A model generated the notes under the pieces. That model was given only the letters and a program-made list of their open reading frames with translations. It had not been told where the DNA came from and did not search any database. 64,000 nt of DNA, from assembly GCA_965645245.1 (NCBI GenBank), contig OZ287079.1:1736001-1800000 (forward strand), written 5' to 3'. Within the stretch, counting starts at the first letter, position 1. Every line of letters begins with the position of its first letter. A program made the position numbers and the translations under genes. This DNA comes from Massalongia carnosa (taxonomy: Eukaryota). Below are positions 38,198 through 51,335 of this stretch, piece by piece.

Positions 38198-40562
38198 ATG
38201 GCCTTTGACGATGCTAATGCGCCTAGGTCCACCTCATGCTCCAACGCTACTTTAGCATCCTCGATCCAGTGCAACAATCAGTTTGATGATGGGTCATCTC
38301 CACCTTCAACGGCTATAGCCGCTGCCCACTGGCAGCCGAAGAGAACCTTCTCAACTCATCAGCCTAATGAACCCCCGGCTTTCTTCAACCGATGGATTAT
38401 GGACCCTGGCTCCAACATCCACGTCACCAACTCGAAGGCTTGGTCATGGATCCACTCGCACTACGCTGGTGTCACGGAGGTGATCTATGCTGGCTCTCAA
38501 CTCATGCCCGTCACTGAGTACGGTTCGGTTGAGATTCCTATCAACGCCCCTGAAGGCGTGCGGAACATACGACTCACGAACGTCGCTTACGTCCCCACCT
38601 TCTTCTCCAACATTTTTGGACTCTCTCGCTGTCGATCCCTGGGCCTCCACTTCGACTCAGGCAGCGACCTGATCTATCGGGCCAAGACTAACGAGACTGT
38701 TGCTCTCCTTGAGTACAACAATGGACACTGGCTTATCGACGCCCATCCAGGCTCCAAGTCTAGCACGCCACTCCACTTAGCGATGGCTACTCGAACGCCT
38801 CGCCCCTCCCGTGATCCGAAGCCTGACATTGAAGTAACTCCGCTTCAAGCACATCACCTCTACGCCCATCCAGGGCCCGACACCATTGCCCACCTTGAGG
38901 ACGCCGTGAACGGCTTACGCCTCATTGATGGCGACTCAGCTCCCACGTGGAAGGAGTGCGAAGACTGCATCAAGACGAAGATGAACGAACAGATCTCTCG
39001 CCGCCCACCAGAGCACCCAGCTACAAGACCGTTTGAGCGAATTGTTATCGACATCGTTCAGCTTATCCCCACTGGCCAACACTGCTACAACGGCGACAAA
39101 TATCTCCTTCATGCCGTCTGTCAGTTCTCTAAGTGGCACGAAGGAGAAACTCTCCCATCCCGCGGAGAGGAGGTGATAGTCCCTGCAGTCTATCGGATCA
39201 TCGAGAAGATTCAGCGTCAATTTGGCTACAAGTATGTTGTACTCGTAGTTCGATCTGACAACAAACGCGGAGGGACCAAAGGTATGTGAGATCTCTCAGA
39301 GATGTTGGTATGAAGGTCGAACGCACCCCAGCGGACATCGATGAGCCCAAAGGTCTCCAAGAGTCTGCTGGCAAATCGATCATGACGCGTACTCGCGCCC
39401 TTCGAATCGCCACAGGTCTCCCGCAGGACCTCGTCAACGAGCTCACGATTACGGCCATCCAACTGCTCAACACCACGCCCACTCGCTCGAACCAATGGCG
39501 CACGCCGTATGAGGTCATCTATGGCTACAAACCTACGATATCTCACTACGCTCCCATCGGCTGCCGAGCGTACATGCTCAATCGCGACCTCGACGCAGCC
39601 GACAAAACGTCCTCTCGAAGTCCACATTGGCTAACTTCTTGGCTACGATTCGACAAACATCTTTCATGTTCGGATCCCTCATAGCCGACGCGTCATTCGC
39701 ACCCGAGACGTTATCTTCATGATCTCATGTAGAAAGACGATGTTGAGCACAAGCTACACGCTCCCAAGGTTGCTGAAGAAGAAATTGAAGTACTTGACCT
39801 CACCATGCCTAAGGAACAAGTCACTGCCGACGACCTCTACACGCCTGAGCAAACGCTTCGTTACACTCAAGAGCTTTCCCTGGCCACAGAGTCGTCTGAT
39901 CAGCCATCAACTCCGCCTACTCGAGCAACCAGCACGAATAAGTCGCCTCAGCAGATGCAGCTCCTTACTCCTGACGCTTCTCGTATGGGTACAGCAAGCC
40001 CTCCTCAGCTACCTGAAGATTCCATTCTTAGCGAACTCAGCGAGGCTCCGGCTTCGCCCACACCAGAGGAAGATGATCAAACTCTCCTCGATCAACAGCT
40101 GTTCAACGACCAGCAAGTACTGGAATAACCATCCCGTCCGAGTAGAGTTACGTACCAGCCACCCACTCAACCTCGCAATCCTCGACACAACAGGGCCCCG
40201 CGTGCTCAAGAGATCTCTGGTGGTGGTAAATTCGTACTTGAACGACGTACTCGCTCCGGTGCAAGTCCCTCGCAGCCACTTGATCAATCACGTCCCACTG
40301 GCCGTGGCCTTGGACGTCCTCCTCGTGGCGCTCATTTTGCGTACTATCTAAGTGTATTTGCTATGCTCCGTACTCAACGGACTCCTGCCTCAATTCCAGC
40401 CAGCTTGAACACTAGGATTCACCGTACGGAGATTCCGTCTCCTCTGAAGCGCGTCAAGGACCTTGACAAGCATCCAATCGGCTCGCAGTTTCGACTCTCT
40501 ATGCAGGTAGAAATCGATAACTGCCTCTCAATGGATTGCTTCGAGCGCACTGACGTCACGGT
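38198..40562 (+). mobile_element. Degenerate Copia pol fragment (protease, pre-integrase, integrase, linker)
   Basis: WIMDPGSNIHV, HHLYAHPG...CEDC, IVIDIV, RSDN, RTPYE; frameshifts; cut off by the LTR at 40563. Confidence 0.8.
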
Positions 40563-43500
40563 TGTTAGATGTTAGACACCATCAATATGGACATCCATCA
40601 TGAGCCTCGGGAGGTGCCTTGCAAAGTGCCTAAAAAAGCAGATATGGGAGTCAAGGTCTGATCGTCAGGGTGCCTAAACAAGCAGATATGGGGGGACAAG
40701 GTCTGACCGTTTAGGCTCCTAGATGTGACTGTTTTGTGACTGCTATATAAAGCAGATAAATAGCCCACATAGATAATCACCTTCAATGACAATCATGCTA
40801 CTATACCTACAAAGTGAATTTATTTTTCATAGGTTATGAGCCCGGCTCACTTCTACTACGTTTGAATAAGCCCCCACATTGATTGTCAAACAAACTCACC
40901 TCCACCTCTTCCACCTACCTCATTCTATATTATATATATATTTCTTTTCATATCCCACATCAATAATCCAAGCAACCAAAGGGACCCTCTTTTTCCCCCA
41001 CTCAGTAACCCCTACTCCTAAGCACGATGGCCAAAGGGGAGAGTCTATACACATTCCCAAAGCTAATGGGGAGTGGAAACTATAAGAAATGGTCCAGAGA
41101 CATGGCCTTCGCCCTGCAGGAGGCGGAACTTTGGAACTACGTGACTGGTGCTCGGAAAATGCCTCGAGAAATTCCCCCTCCACCTCAAAAAGCTGATGAG
41201 ACACCCCCGGAGGAAACAGAGAAACAGCTAGAAAAGCGGGACAAACGGGACCTTGAACGCCTAATAAGCGGTGCTTCCTGGGTTCTTTTCCCGGAACATT
41301 CCCTTATTGTACAAACTATTTGGGGTTTTGAGGTTTCATTAGCTTCTTTGCTTTCACAAACGCGTTCCAGATGGCCAATCTTACTACACTTCCTACATGT
41401 AGCGTTGCTATGCCTGCATTTTCTGGAGTGATTATAACCACAGCATTTGCATTTGTTCTTACCCTCTTCGGTGGGGTTCTTCTTCCCCTTTGCCTTCAGC
41501 ATGTTAGCTACGGCGACAGGGTCCTAGCGCATACGAGCCTCCTTGTCCTCCAGGTTTTTTAGTAAGTCATTCAACGCCGGGAATTTGTCCTCCCGCCGAG
41601 CTTGTTCGTTCAGGATGGTCAGGTAGGTGTTGAATGAAGTGCCGAGTCCATTGAGGAGTTTGAGCACTACAATGTGCTCAACGGTCAGGGCCATGTCGGT
41701 GATTTCGGCCTTGATGTCCCTGACTAGGCTACCATACTCCTCGATGGTCTTGCATTTTTCATAGTTTATTTCCTCCAGCCGGTTGAATGTGCTCCAGTTC
41801 GCACTCCAATTTCTGAGGGTGTATCGGGTTTTCAGGTGTTCCCAAAGGTCCTTCGTGTCCCAGATGCCCCCATTGGCTAGGTCTCTCATCGACAAGAATT
41901 CCTGTTGCACGTCATCCGTGCACATCTTGCCTATTTGAGCAACTGCTCTCCTTTGTTTCTCCGACAACTCTTGTATGGCAAATCTATACCGAGGCCCCAA
42001 GAATGCCCACGATCTATTGATCGACACCGGTGCCACCGCGGACATTATATGTAATAAAGATCTCTTTCAAGAAGGGGCCTTTCGGAGTGAAAATAGCTGT
42101 TTAGAAACCAGTTCCGGAGACGTGTTATCGACAGAGGGAAAAGGCTCTCTGCTCGTACCACTGGACAATGAAAATAGAGGTGTAACGAACCTCATTTTGA
42201 CCAACGTCCTTTTCGCCCCCGACCTAAAATTCGACCTCATTAGCACAATACAACTCGGCAAAAAGGGCATATCAACGTACCTGATGGCGGATGACAAGCC
42301 CGCTAAACTGGTGCATAAAAGAAAGGTGGTTGGACTGGCCAAAACAATAAATAATCAATATGTTTTGCAGACAACCACTATCAGTCCTACCGAAGCACGG
42401 GCCCTCACCACCGCAAACGGTGTAAAGGCTATCCAAACATGGCACGAACGACTCGGCAATCTCAGCTACCCAACCCTCCTAAAATTAAATCATTAAGCCA
42501 ATGGAGTCACCATCGAAGGACCCATACCAGAAGAAGTATGCGGCTCATGCATGATGGGAAGACAACAGCGGAAAATAAATCGCACTCTACGAACCCGAGC
42601 AACAGAGTTTCTTGGAATAGTGCATAGCGATCTAGGGGGACCATTTCCACTGACAAGGTTCGGTGAGCGTTTTTATGCTACGATGAAAGACGACTTCTCC
42701 GGGGTAGTGTGGATCTACCTGCTGAAAACAAAGGGTCAAACCTTCGAATGTTTCAAGCAGTTCAAGAAATGGATAGAAAATCAATCGGGAAAGAAATTAA
42801 AGAGACTCCGAGCTGATGGAGGAGGGGAGCACACCAATGGTGACTTCCAGGAATTCCTAAAGAGTGAAGGCATCCAGTGGGAGGCCTGGGCACCAAATGT
42901 GCCAGAACAGAATGGGAAGCCCGAAAGGCAAAATTATACCCTCATGGTCCCCACTCGGTCCATGATGAAGGCTAAAAAGCTCCCAAAGTCCCTTTGGGGG
43001 GAGGTCCTAAAGACGGCCCGGTACATCAAGAATAGAAGTCCCGGGGTCGACGAGGTCACTCCATATGAACGCATGAACAATGCGAAACCCTTCCTCGGCC
43101 ATATGAGAACGGTCGGGGCTAGGACGTGGGTACATATCCCAAAAGAGAAGCGCAAGAAGCTGGACGATCGGTCCTGGCAGGGGATATTTGTTGGGTATGA
43201 AGGAAACAATCAGTATCGAATTTACGATCCTCTCACTGGAAAAGTCCATGTTTGTCGCGATATCACCGTCGACGAAGGAAATATATATGATTCCAAGGAC
43301 AAAAAGGCCTGGGACCTAGCCGACATTCCATGGGAGGGAGACGATGATGCTTTGTTTGATGACCCAGATGATTTTGTTGATGAAAACAAAAGTCATAAGC
43401 CGCCATCTTCGTTGTCTTCGAAAACTCCGAGCTCTGAAATATCGAGAAGTTTGGAATTTCAAAATGAAACGGCCCCACCAGCACCACGGATAATGCTACA

Positions 43501-44363
43501 TCCAATGGGAATAAATGCTTCGGGGGGAGGCCGAGAAGAGGAGAATGGGGGGGAGAGTGACTCCGATGAAGTGGACGACATTCCTCGCCAGCCCATCGAA
43601 CCTCGAAGATCTGGACGAAGATCTGGACGAATAAGGGTCCCCAGTCAAAGAGCACTGGAGAACATTCGTCCCAGCATCAACACCGTATTCAGTTCAAACC
43701 AGGTCCCGAAATCCCATGAGCACATGGTGCGGGTGCTAGCAACCCTGGCAGGAGGCGAGGACAATGAGGGCCTCGATGATCTTTTGACACTGAAAGAGGC
43801 TATGTCCTCACCCCACTGGGATCAATGGAGAAAGGCCATGGAGACCGAGTATCAATCGCTAGTGGAGAATGAAACTTGGACACTAGAAAGGGCACCGACT
43901 GATCGAAAGGTGATCACCGGTCGCTGGGTGTTCAAATAAAGAACCAAAGAGATAGTGGCAGATGGGCTTACGAAACTACTGGCCGCTAAACCCTTTGCAA
44001 TGCTTGGCATGAGCTAAGCTCAAAGAGGAAATTAATTCCCGAATAGCCTCAAAGATGGCTGAATGGGAGTGTTAAATGGTAAGGCTACCATCGGTAGGAT
44101 GGTCAGACTACCACTAGCATAGGCATCCATCGTGAGCCTCGGGAGGTGACTTGCAAAGTGCCTAAAAAAAAGCAGATATGGGAGTCAAGGTCTGATCGTC
44201 AGGGTGTCTAAACAAGCAGATATGGGGGGACAAGGTCTGACCGTTTAGGCTCCTAGATGTGACTGTTTTGTGACTGCTATATAAAGCAGACAAATAGCCC
44301 ACATAGATAATCACCTTCAATGACAATCATGCTACTATACCTACAAAGTGAATTTATATTTCA
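40563..44363 (+). mobile_element. Rearranged Copia element with two LTRs, inverted gag segment and deleted RT
   Basis: LTRs 40563-40829 and 44070-44363; GGTTATGAGCCC PBS just after the 5' LTR; PPT GAATGGGAG. Gag from 41027, IDTGAT protease, WHERLGN, integrase 42551 onward. RT stops at GRWVFK and jumps to the RNase H tail VADGLTK. Confidence 0.92.
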
Positions 44364-44803
44364 TATTTAAAACTGGTGATGATGATCTAGGAGGGTTGAT
44401 TCTAAGTCTTGTTTGGATGGAGGTGCTGAGTACCTAGGCAATTCAGTAGTAGATGCCCGTTTTCTGGGTTGTTTGGAGGGCTGTTTGGGGGGCTGTTTTT
44501 GAGGCTGTTTAGGAGGCTGTTTTCGAGGCATGATGACTGGAATAACTATGTTGAAAGTTTATACAAACGACAATCAAAAGGATATCATTAATCGTACTAT
44601 CCTATAGACTGCATAAGGCGGTGTGAAGGGGAGGAGGGCCATTTACTACTGCACCAAATTCTAATGTGTGGTCCAGTTCTGTCGCTTATTTATTTTTTTT
44701 ACCGCGCAGTTTCGGGGTTCAAAGTTCGGCACACCATTTTGCAAACGGGTGTAATGATAAAAAGTTAAGAACTCATTTAAATAAACTCTTTTCACCCGAA
44801 ATC

Positions 44804-45698
44804 CTACTCCTCATCATCGTCCCCCCCCCTCTCATCCTCTTTACCCTCCTCCTCACTCCTCTCCTCCTCCTCACCTTCCTCCTCTCTCATCTCCTCATCC
44901 TCACTGAAAGGATCGGACGACACTTCCTCAAAATGTGGATCATCACTTTCGCTCAGTTTAGTCAAAAGATCGACAGCAGCATCCGCCCTTTCGCCTCTAC
45001 TAGTCATCTAAATTCGTTTAAAACGAGTTCGTTTATAATGAGCATGTTCAGTTGATTTACTTTTCCATAAGACCACTCATCCAGTATTGCCTCAAAAAGA
45101 CGAACACAATGCTCTCGTCGACCTCCAAGAGTCAACTCCTCTTGCGCCACTTTCTATAAACATTAAATATTAGGTCGAGCTCATATAAAACGAGTATAAA
45201 TTAACGATTTTACTTTGGTTTTGGCATTTGAAATGATTTGCTTCTCGAACATCCATTGTTCGAGCGTAGACGCATCATAAGCACATCCGCAAGGCAAGAG
45301 ATCAACCTTGTCTAAACCCAACGGAATATTCTTGCCCTTAGGCATCTCCTGCATTCGTTTTAAACGAGCTCATCAGTAACAGATATCATCATTTATAACG
45401 AGCTCATACCTTTTGTGACCGATAACATCCATGGCATCGGGCATAGCCCGGATTCTGTCTTCAGAATCTCGCCCGTAGTCCTTCTTCGCCCTCGGTTCCT
45501 TCTGGTTTTGCCCCAGGACCCCAACGTATCTTATAAGCATTCATTCGTCTTCGTCTTCATTAATAACGAGTCAGTTTACAACGAGCTCATTTCATACAAT
45601 AATACATACTTCTTTTCTGCAGGCTTCTTGTGTTTCCCTCGTTCGAGTTCTATTTTTTTTCTGTCTTCGATAACCGCAGCATTATGTTTAGAAGACAT
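44804..45698 (-). pseudogene. Five-exon gene of unknown function (about 221 codons; basic N-terminus, CxxC...CxC, acidic tail) with one internal TGA
   Basis: Exons 45698-45610, 45554-45410, 45348-45214, 45153-45061, 45007-44804 have compatible phases and GT-AG ends; TGA at 45461-45463. Confidence 0.6.
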
Positions 45699-45813
45699 GA
45701 GTTTGTTATTTGATTATAAGGAAAATTGGTTGTAAGTTTACGAAGTGAGATTCATTTGAAACGAGCTTGATTAATTCCCCGTTTGTGTACAGCGTAGATA
45801 TCTTATATATAAA

Positions 45814-46006
45814 TAATTCGGCTAGAGCGTGCCGGGACCGAGTGGAGGCAGGCCGTGGATAGCCAACGAAGGCCGAATGCCGAAGGAGGATGATCTCCAA
45901 ATAGTTGGACAAGGAGGGGAGAGAAAGGGCATAAATAGGTGGCCTTTTGGCACTCTTCTCCTCATCATCACCATTGATTCGGAGTTCAGCACCAAAATGT
46001 CTTTTG
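45814..46006 (+). mobile_element. Left-end fragment (copy C) of the Ngaro-like element
   Basis: TAATTCGGCT...GGACCGAGTGGAGGCAGGCC...GGAGTTCAGCACCAAAA matches 10739-11000 and 53072 onward. Confidence 0.8.
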
Positions 46007-46399
46007 CCCACTGTGAGGTGCTGCGTGGGCAGGCAATGGATGAACACATCATAGGGCTTAACCTATGGAAAGATATAGAAGAAGACTGACAACTGGCCTC
46101 CGAGAAGAAGACTCGAATCATCTATATAAGCCCCTCCCGGGTCACGTGATGTGGCAGGGCAGTCCGAGGCAGTTTTTCCCCTCACTGCTGCTCCGGTAAT
46201 TTTCGACGTTACGCCATACAATTTTGGTGGTGTTTTGTCCGCCATGCCCGCATTTTGGAACCAATTGTACGATTCTACTCTTGAGGCCGTTTTTTTGGGC
46301 CATTGCCTCCTACGCGGAGGATTATAACGATATACAGTTCAATTCAAGGAATCGGCGCAATGCATTGAGTCTCTACGGCGAGTAATGGATAGAGCAACT

Positions 46400-47365
46400 G
46401 CTCGATCGGCGCCATACGAATCGATCTACGACAACCTTCGCATGGATCGCGAGATGACATCTTCTCTGTCTCTACGTTCGACCTACAGTTCAGCTACGTT
46501 CTTGCTGAATGGGAGGGCTCTGCGCATGATGCGCTAGTCCTTAAGGATGCCGTCTCCTATCATGGATTGAGGCTCTCTTCAGGGAAGTACCTCCTTGCGG
46601 ACGCTGGATACTCTAATAAGGAGCACACCTTGGTGCTGTTTCGAGGCACGAGGTATCATCTCAAGGAGCAGAGGCTGGCTGGAGAAAGGTAAGATCTACA
46701 GTCTATATGAATGGTGCTAATGGTCTATAGGCCCCAATCGTCCAAGGAGCTGTTCAACCTCCGCCACTTCTTTCTCCACAACGTCGTCGAACAGATCTTT
46801 GGGATCTTTAAGAGGAGGTTGAAGATTCTACGGAGCGCGCCTGAGTACCCAATACGGTCTCAGGTTCACCTGGTCTACGCTCTGACCGCCATACACAATT
46901 ATATACGGAGGAAGCTGGGCAGAAGGCGCTGGAGACTTGGCTGGGCGCGGAGGAGCTTGACCTTGGCGCACACGAGGGTTAAGAGGCTACAGGTGTTAAA
47001 TGGTAAGGCTACCATCGGTTAGATGGTCAGACTACCACCAATATAGGCATCCATCGTGATTCCCACGGGTGCCTACCAGGCACCTATAGGAGGTGCCTAA
47101 TAGGCAGTTATGGAGGTGCCTAACAGGCAGCTATGGGAGGCCTAAAGCATCACTGTTATGTGACTGCTTTTTGTGACTGCTATAACAGCAGGTAGATAGC
47201 CCACATAGATAATTACCTTCAATGACAATCATGCTACTATACCTACACGTGAATCATCATATTCATCAACAAGAGAAGGATCTACGTCAACAAGGATGGG
47301 CAGACTACGGGATGAAATGGCAGAGAGGATGGGGGACTACGTGGATGCGGTGTTTGCGGGGGAGG
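46400..47365 (+). mobile_element. PIF/Harbinger transposase remnant, interrupted by a solo LTR
   Basis: FSYVLAEWEGSAHD, YLLADAGY, RYHL, intron 46689-46730, ELFNLRH...VEQIFGIFKRR, AIHNYI, and an LRDEMAE-like tail after the LTR. Confidence 0.8.
46994..47268 (+). mobile_element. Solo Copia LTR related to 44070-44363
   Basis: Same TGTTAAATGGTAAGGCTACCATCGG start and 3' half; flanks ACAGG / ACAAG (4 of 5). Confidence 0.8.
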
Positions 47366-47919
47366 ATTAGGATATATTATAGATCTATAGAAGTTATTGA
47401 AGTCATCATAGCCTTTATAATGACCTTTTTGTCTTCCGCGCTCTTGAGACTTTTAAGAACAGTTGCGTTATTGAGTACACTGGGAATGGCCTCACGGAGG
47501 CGAAAAAGGAGCTATGCGGCGACAAATGCCATCTACGGCGTATCCAAATGCGGACTAAATTCTTGATTATGCAAGCTAACTTAAAGTAAAAGGCAACATT
47601 ACGCGAAAAAAAAACTCAATCTCACCCCGATCCTCGCTTAGACTGTCAACCTTGACAGCGCTACTCCCTTTTAATTCCTACTCTCTTTCAATGGCATAGC
47701 GAGACAAGATGCCAAGAAATTTCAAACTTCCCGTACGCCTTGCGCCCCTGCTCCCCTTACCTTCAAATTCCCTCTCAACGGAACGATAGAATTTCAATTC
47801 CACCATTGCCAGCAAGATTCAACTAGCTTTCAGACGGTATTGATCTGATTTTATTTTGTTTGAATATGTCATCCAGCCTTGTCCTGCCTAGAATTGACAT
47901 ACCTCGCACAGGTAAGCCG

Positions 47920-50900
47920 CTTGAGCCCCGCAGACACATCTCTTCGGCCTCATTCATCTTGCCTTGATCTGCATATAGATTTCCTAGATTGTTAACTGTG
48001 TCGAGCGTTGATGTGTGATCAGGACCTCAGGCCTTTTCGTATCCTGTCAATGCCCGCAGATACATCTCTTCGGCCTCGTTCATCTTGCCTTGATCTGCAT
48101 ACAGACTTCCTAGATTGTTGACTGTGTTGAGCGTTGATGTGTGATCAGGACCCCAGGCCTTTTCATATTCTGCCAATGCCCGCAGATACATCTCTTCGGC
48201 CTCGTTCGTCTTGCCTTGATCTGCATACAAATTTCCTAGATTGTTGACTGTGTCGAGCGTTGATGTGTGATCAGGACCCCAGGCCTTTTCCTTTCCTGTC
48301 AATGCCCGTAGATACATCTCTTCGGCCTCGTTCATCTTGCCTTGATTTTTATACAGACTTCCCAGATTGTTGACTGTGTTGAGCGTTGATGTGTGATCCA
48401 GACCCCAGGTCTTTTCGTATCCTTTCAATGCCCGCAGATACATCTCTTTGGCCTCGTTCATCTTGCCTTGATCTGCATACAGACTTCCCAGATTGTTGAC
48501 TGTGTTGAGCGTTGATGTGTGATCAGGACCCCAGGCCTTTTCGTATCCTGTCAATGCCCGCAGATACATCTCTTCGGCCTCGCTCAGCTTGCCTTGTTCT
48601 TTTGAAAAATAGCCAATAGCGTGATACGAAAAATATAATACCTGTTCCCATCTCATATTCCTTTCGAGGTTTTGAGGTTTTTTTCCAATCCAGAAGTGAA
48701 CATAACTACAATGACCAGCCAGTCGTTTTCGATGCAGCCAGTTTGCTGAACTGCCAGTGGAATGACATGCGGAACCGATTACAGAAACTGCTAAAGAAGC
48801 TATCTCGTCGTTAGAGGTTAGATTCAAGTGAAAACACCAGTCATGTATAATTGGATGAATCGCATAAGATGAGATCTCATATCGTGTTTCTATCAAGGAG
48901 TAATCCAGTAGTATTTGAATCTTCTGTGCAAAATCAAATTCCGTCTTCATACTACATGAAAACCAGAAAGGTAATGTCTCTTTTGGGATAATGCTCTCGT
49001 CAAGTACAGGTGCGAATAAAGAATACCATATTTCTGAATGATCGAGATATGCAAACAGATTAAGCAATTTTGCAGCGCTCGCGTCATTGCGTTGCACATA
49101 TTCATAGGAAATGGTGTACGTAGATAAAATGCTACGAGGATAATCTTTTAATCGGGTCGTTCTGTTGTTGTGAAGCTTCTCCCAAGTCTCTTCATAGTAT
49201 CGAATATAGTCGTTCACACTTGTAGTCGTTCCGTAGATATAGGAGCCTGCATGAGCAAGTGCAAGTGGGAGACCACCCACTTTCTCGACGATCCTATCAA
49301 GGCCTATATAATGCTTAGTAAATTGGATTAAGACTGTTGCTTGAATTTCATTACCTTCAACTGATCGTCCTATCCTGCATCGTAATACTTCTGCTCCTTG
49401 TAGATCGCTCATCCTTCCAAGTTGCCGGTCCTGCCCGTGTTGTCGAAGCTGTCGTAATCGGCTTGTGATTAAAATAGAGCCATGATCGGCTTCTGGGAAA
49501 AAATCTTCCACATCATATGATTGAGGATCATTTACCTCAGGGGAATTATCACGATCGACATTATCGAAAATGAGAAGCCATTGATTGTTTTCATGTTGAC
49601 TGAACCAAATAAGAATATTGCTAATGATTTCATCTAGCTCTTCAGGGGATGTTTTAGAGAATTTTCTACATGAATCCGGAATCTGATCTGGGGGTAATTG
49701 CCGAGCAATCTGCGCAAGACTTTGACGTACACTTTCCTTACTATCGCCGTTTAGCCAAAAAATAGAACTGAAAATCTTCTGTGATCTTTGAGCGAATTCG
49801 ATTGCTAGCTGAGTCTTGCCGGAGCCGCCCAGTCCGTGCAAAACGAACACCTTCCGGCGAGTCTCACGAGTTGGCTTGGGAAAAAGGGTATTCTTAAGGT
49901 CATTCATTTCCTGATCACGAGCTATGAATTTGGGTACACGGGGTAAGCCTTTCAAACTGAACGGCACTTTATATGAACCACTGTCTATTCAAGGATTTAG
50001 TAACTCAAGAATTATCAAGCAAACATTGACGCACATTCTCGTGTTGAAAGATTATTTCCACAAAGCTTCATTTGTTTCATCACGCTTTCCAAAGCCACAT
50101 AGCGGGTTGTGGCGGCCATGATCTTGTTCTTCTGTGCTGCATCTTCGAGTCCAATACTCTCAAGCCCATGAGAAACATTGAAACGAAAGTAGCGATTCCC
50201 ATCGTCGAGATCGGAATGCGCTCGATGAAAAGACTCCGCTGTTTTTTCTGTCTCTGTTGCAATGTCTTTCAACGTTTTTGCAATCTCGAAGAGGCTTGAG
50301 CCATAAGAATCCAAGGATGGAACACCGGTACCGATAGATATCAGGCATTTGATGTTTCCCTCAAGCGCTTCATCTGACCACACACTTTTGGCCTCGTTCC
50401 AAAGATGGGCGACAGGATTGTTAGCCCCCACAGCCCCATCGACAAACTCTTCTTCAAACTGGCCAATTTTAACTGGATCAAAGAAGGATGATGCGGCAGA
50501 TGTGGCTCGAGCTGCCTCCCAAATTCATGTCTTATGGTACATATCTGATGATCCTCGAGAAGGATACGATGTGAAAAGGACTGTGTCGGCAGTCTCTTTG
50601 CTCAGAGCGCATACAAATCTAGCTTTCATTAGTATCACTAGAATTATACGTGTAAATGCAACTTCCGAAGCACTAACACCTTGCATTGCTGATTCTCCGA
50701 TCCTTTGAGGAGAGCATTTTCCCCTGCCTTCTCCTTCCGCTTTACGATTTCTCGAATCGACCGTTCCAGCTCTTCCGTGTCGAATCTCCCCTGCACGTGT
50801 CCGTTTATTGTGACACGATGCCGCTTTTTTTTAAACACTTGATCGAACAATGCGACATAAGCATCAATACATTCATCGATATTCATCTCAAGACGACCTA

Positions 50901-51078
50901 GCATGATAGCAATCAATCCACCGGTACTTGTCCCTCCGATCATGTCGAAATACTCGCATGGCTTCGGCGGCGCATCCGGATTGATGATCTCCATCAGTCG
51001 CTTGAGGATTGCGAGTGACGATAGCCCTCGCACTCCACCGCCATCAAGAGATAATAGGCATAAATCTTTATCTGGCAT
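47920..51078 (-). pseudogene. Patatin-like phospholipase-NB-ARC-TPR fungal NLR with two nonsense codons
   Basis: DGGGVRG, GTSTG, DGA (patatin); GLGGSGKT, WLLIFDNVD, GLPLAL (NB-ARC); 42-aa TPRs. Introns 50677-50619, 50034-49985 and probably 49354-49304. TGA at 50525-50527 and 48027-48029. Confidence 0.88.
47925..48595 (-). repeat. 126-bp near-identical tandem repeats encoding TPRs (about 5.3 units)
   Basis: EEMYLRALTGYEKAWGPDHTSTLxTVNNLGxLYxxQGKMNEA repeated at 126-nt period. Confidence 0.95.
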
Positions 51079-51335
51079 GATAGAAGGTCCTAGCTTTCTT
51101 CTACTTATACAACTAGCCTGGTAGGAATGTGCAGAGGCTGGCTTTGGAAATGAGTGGTACAGAAAGCATCAGTCAAGCTGTTATTGTTGCGCGGCTGAAT
51201 GATATCTATGTTAAGGCTGAAAACGTCAAGCACAGGCTTAAAAGAGATGCTTAGGGACAGTCCCACCCCGACCGTCCCCACTTGTGTAAATCTTTGCTAG
51301 TAAACAGCCATTTTACTGCTCATTCAGGGTGCGTA

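Noticed and set aside
44370..44755. Possible Tc1-like end and ORF start (MPRKQPPKQPQ...) on the minus strand
   Set aside because: Cut off by the Copia LTR before any diagnostic motif; no matching second terminus.
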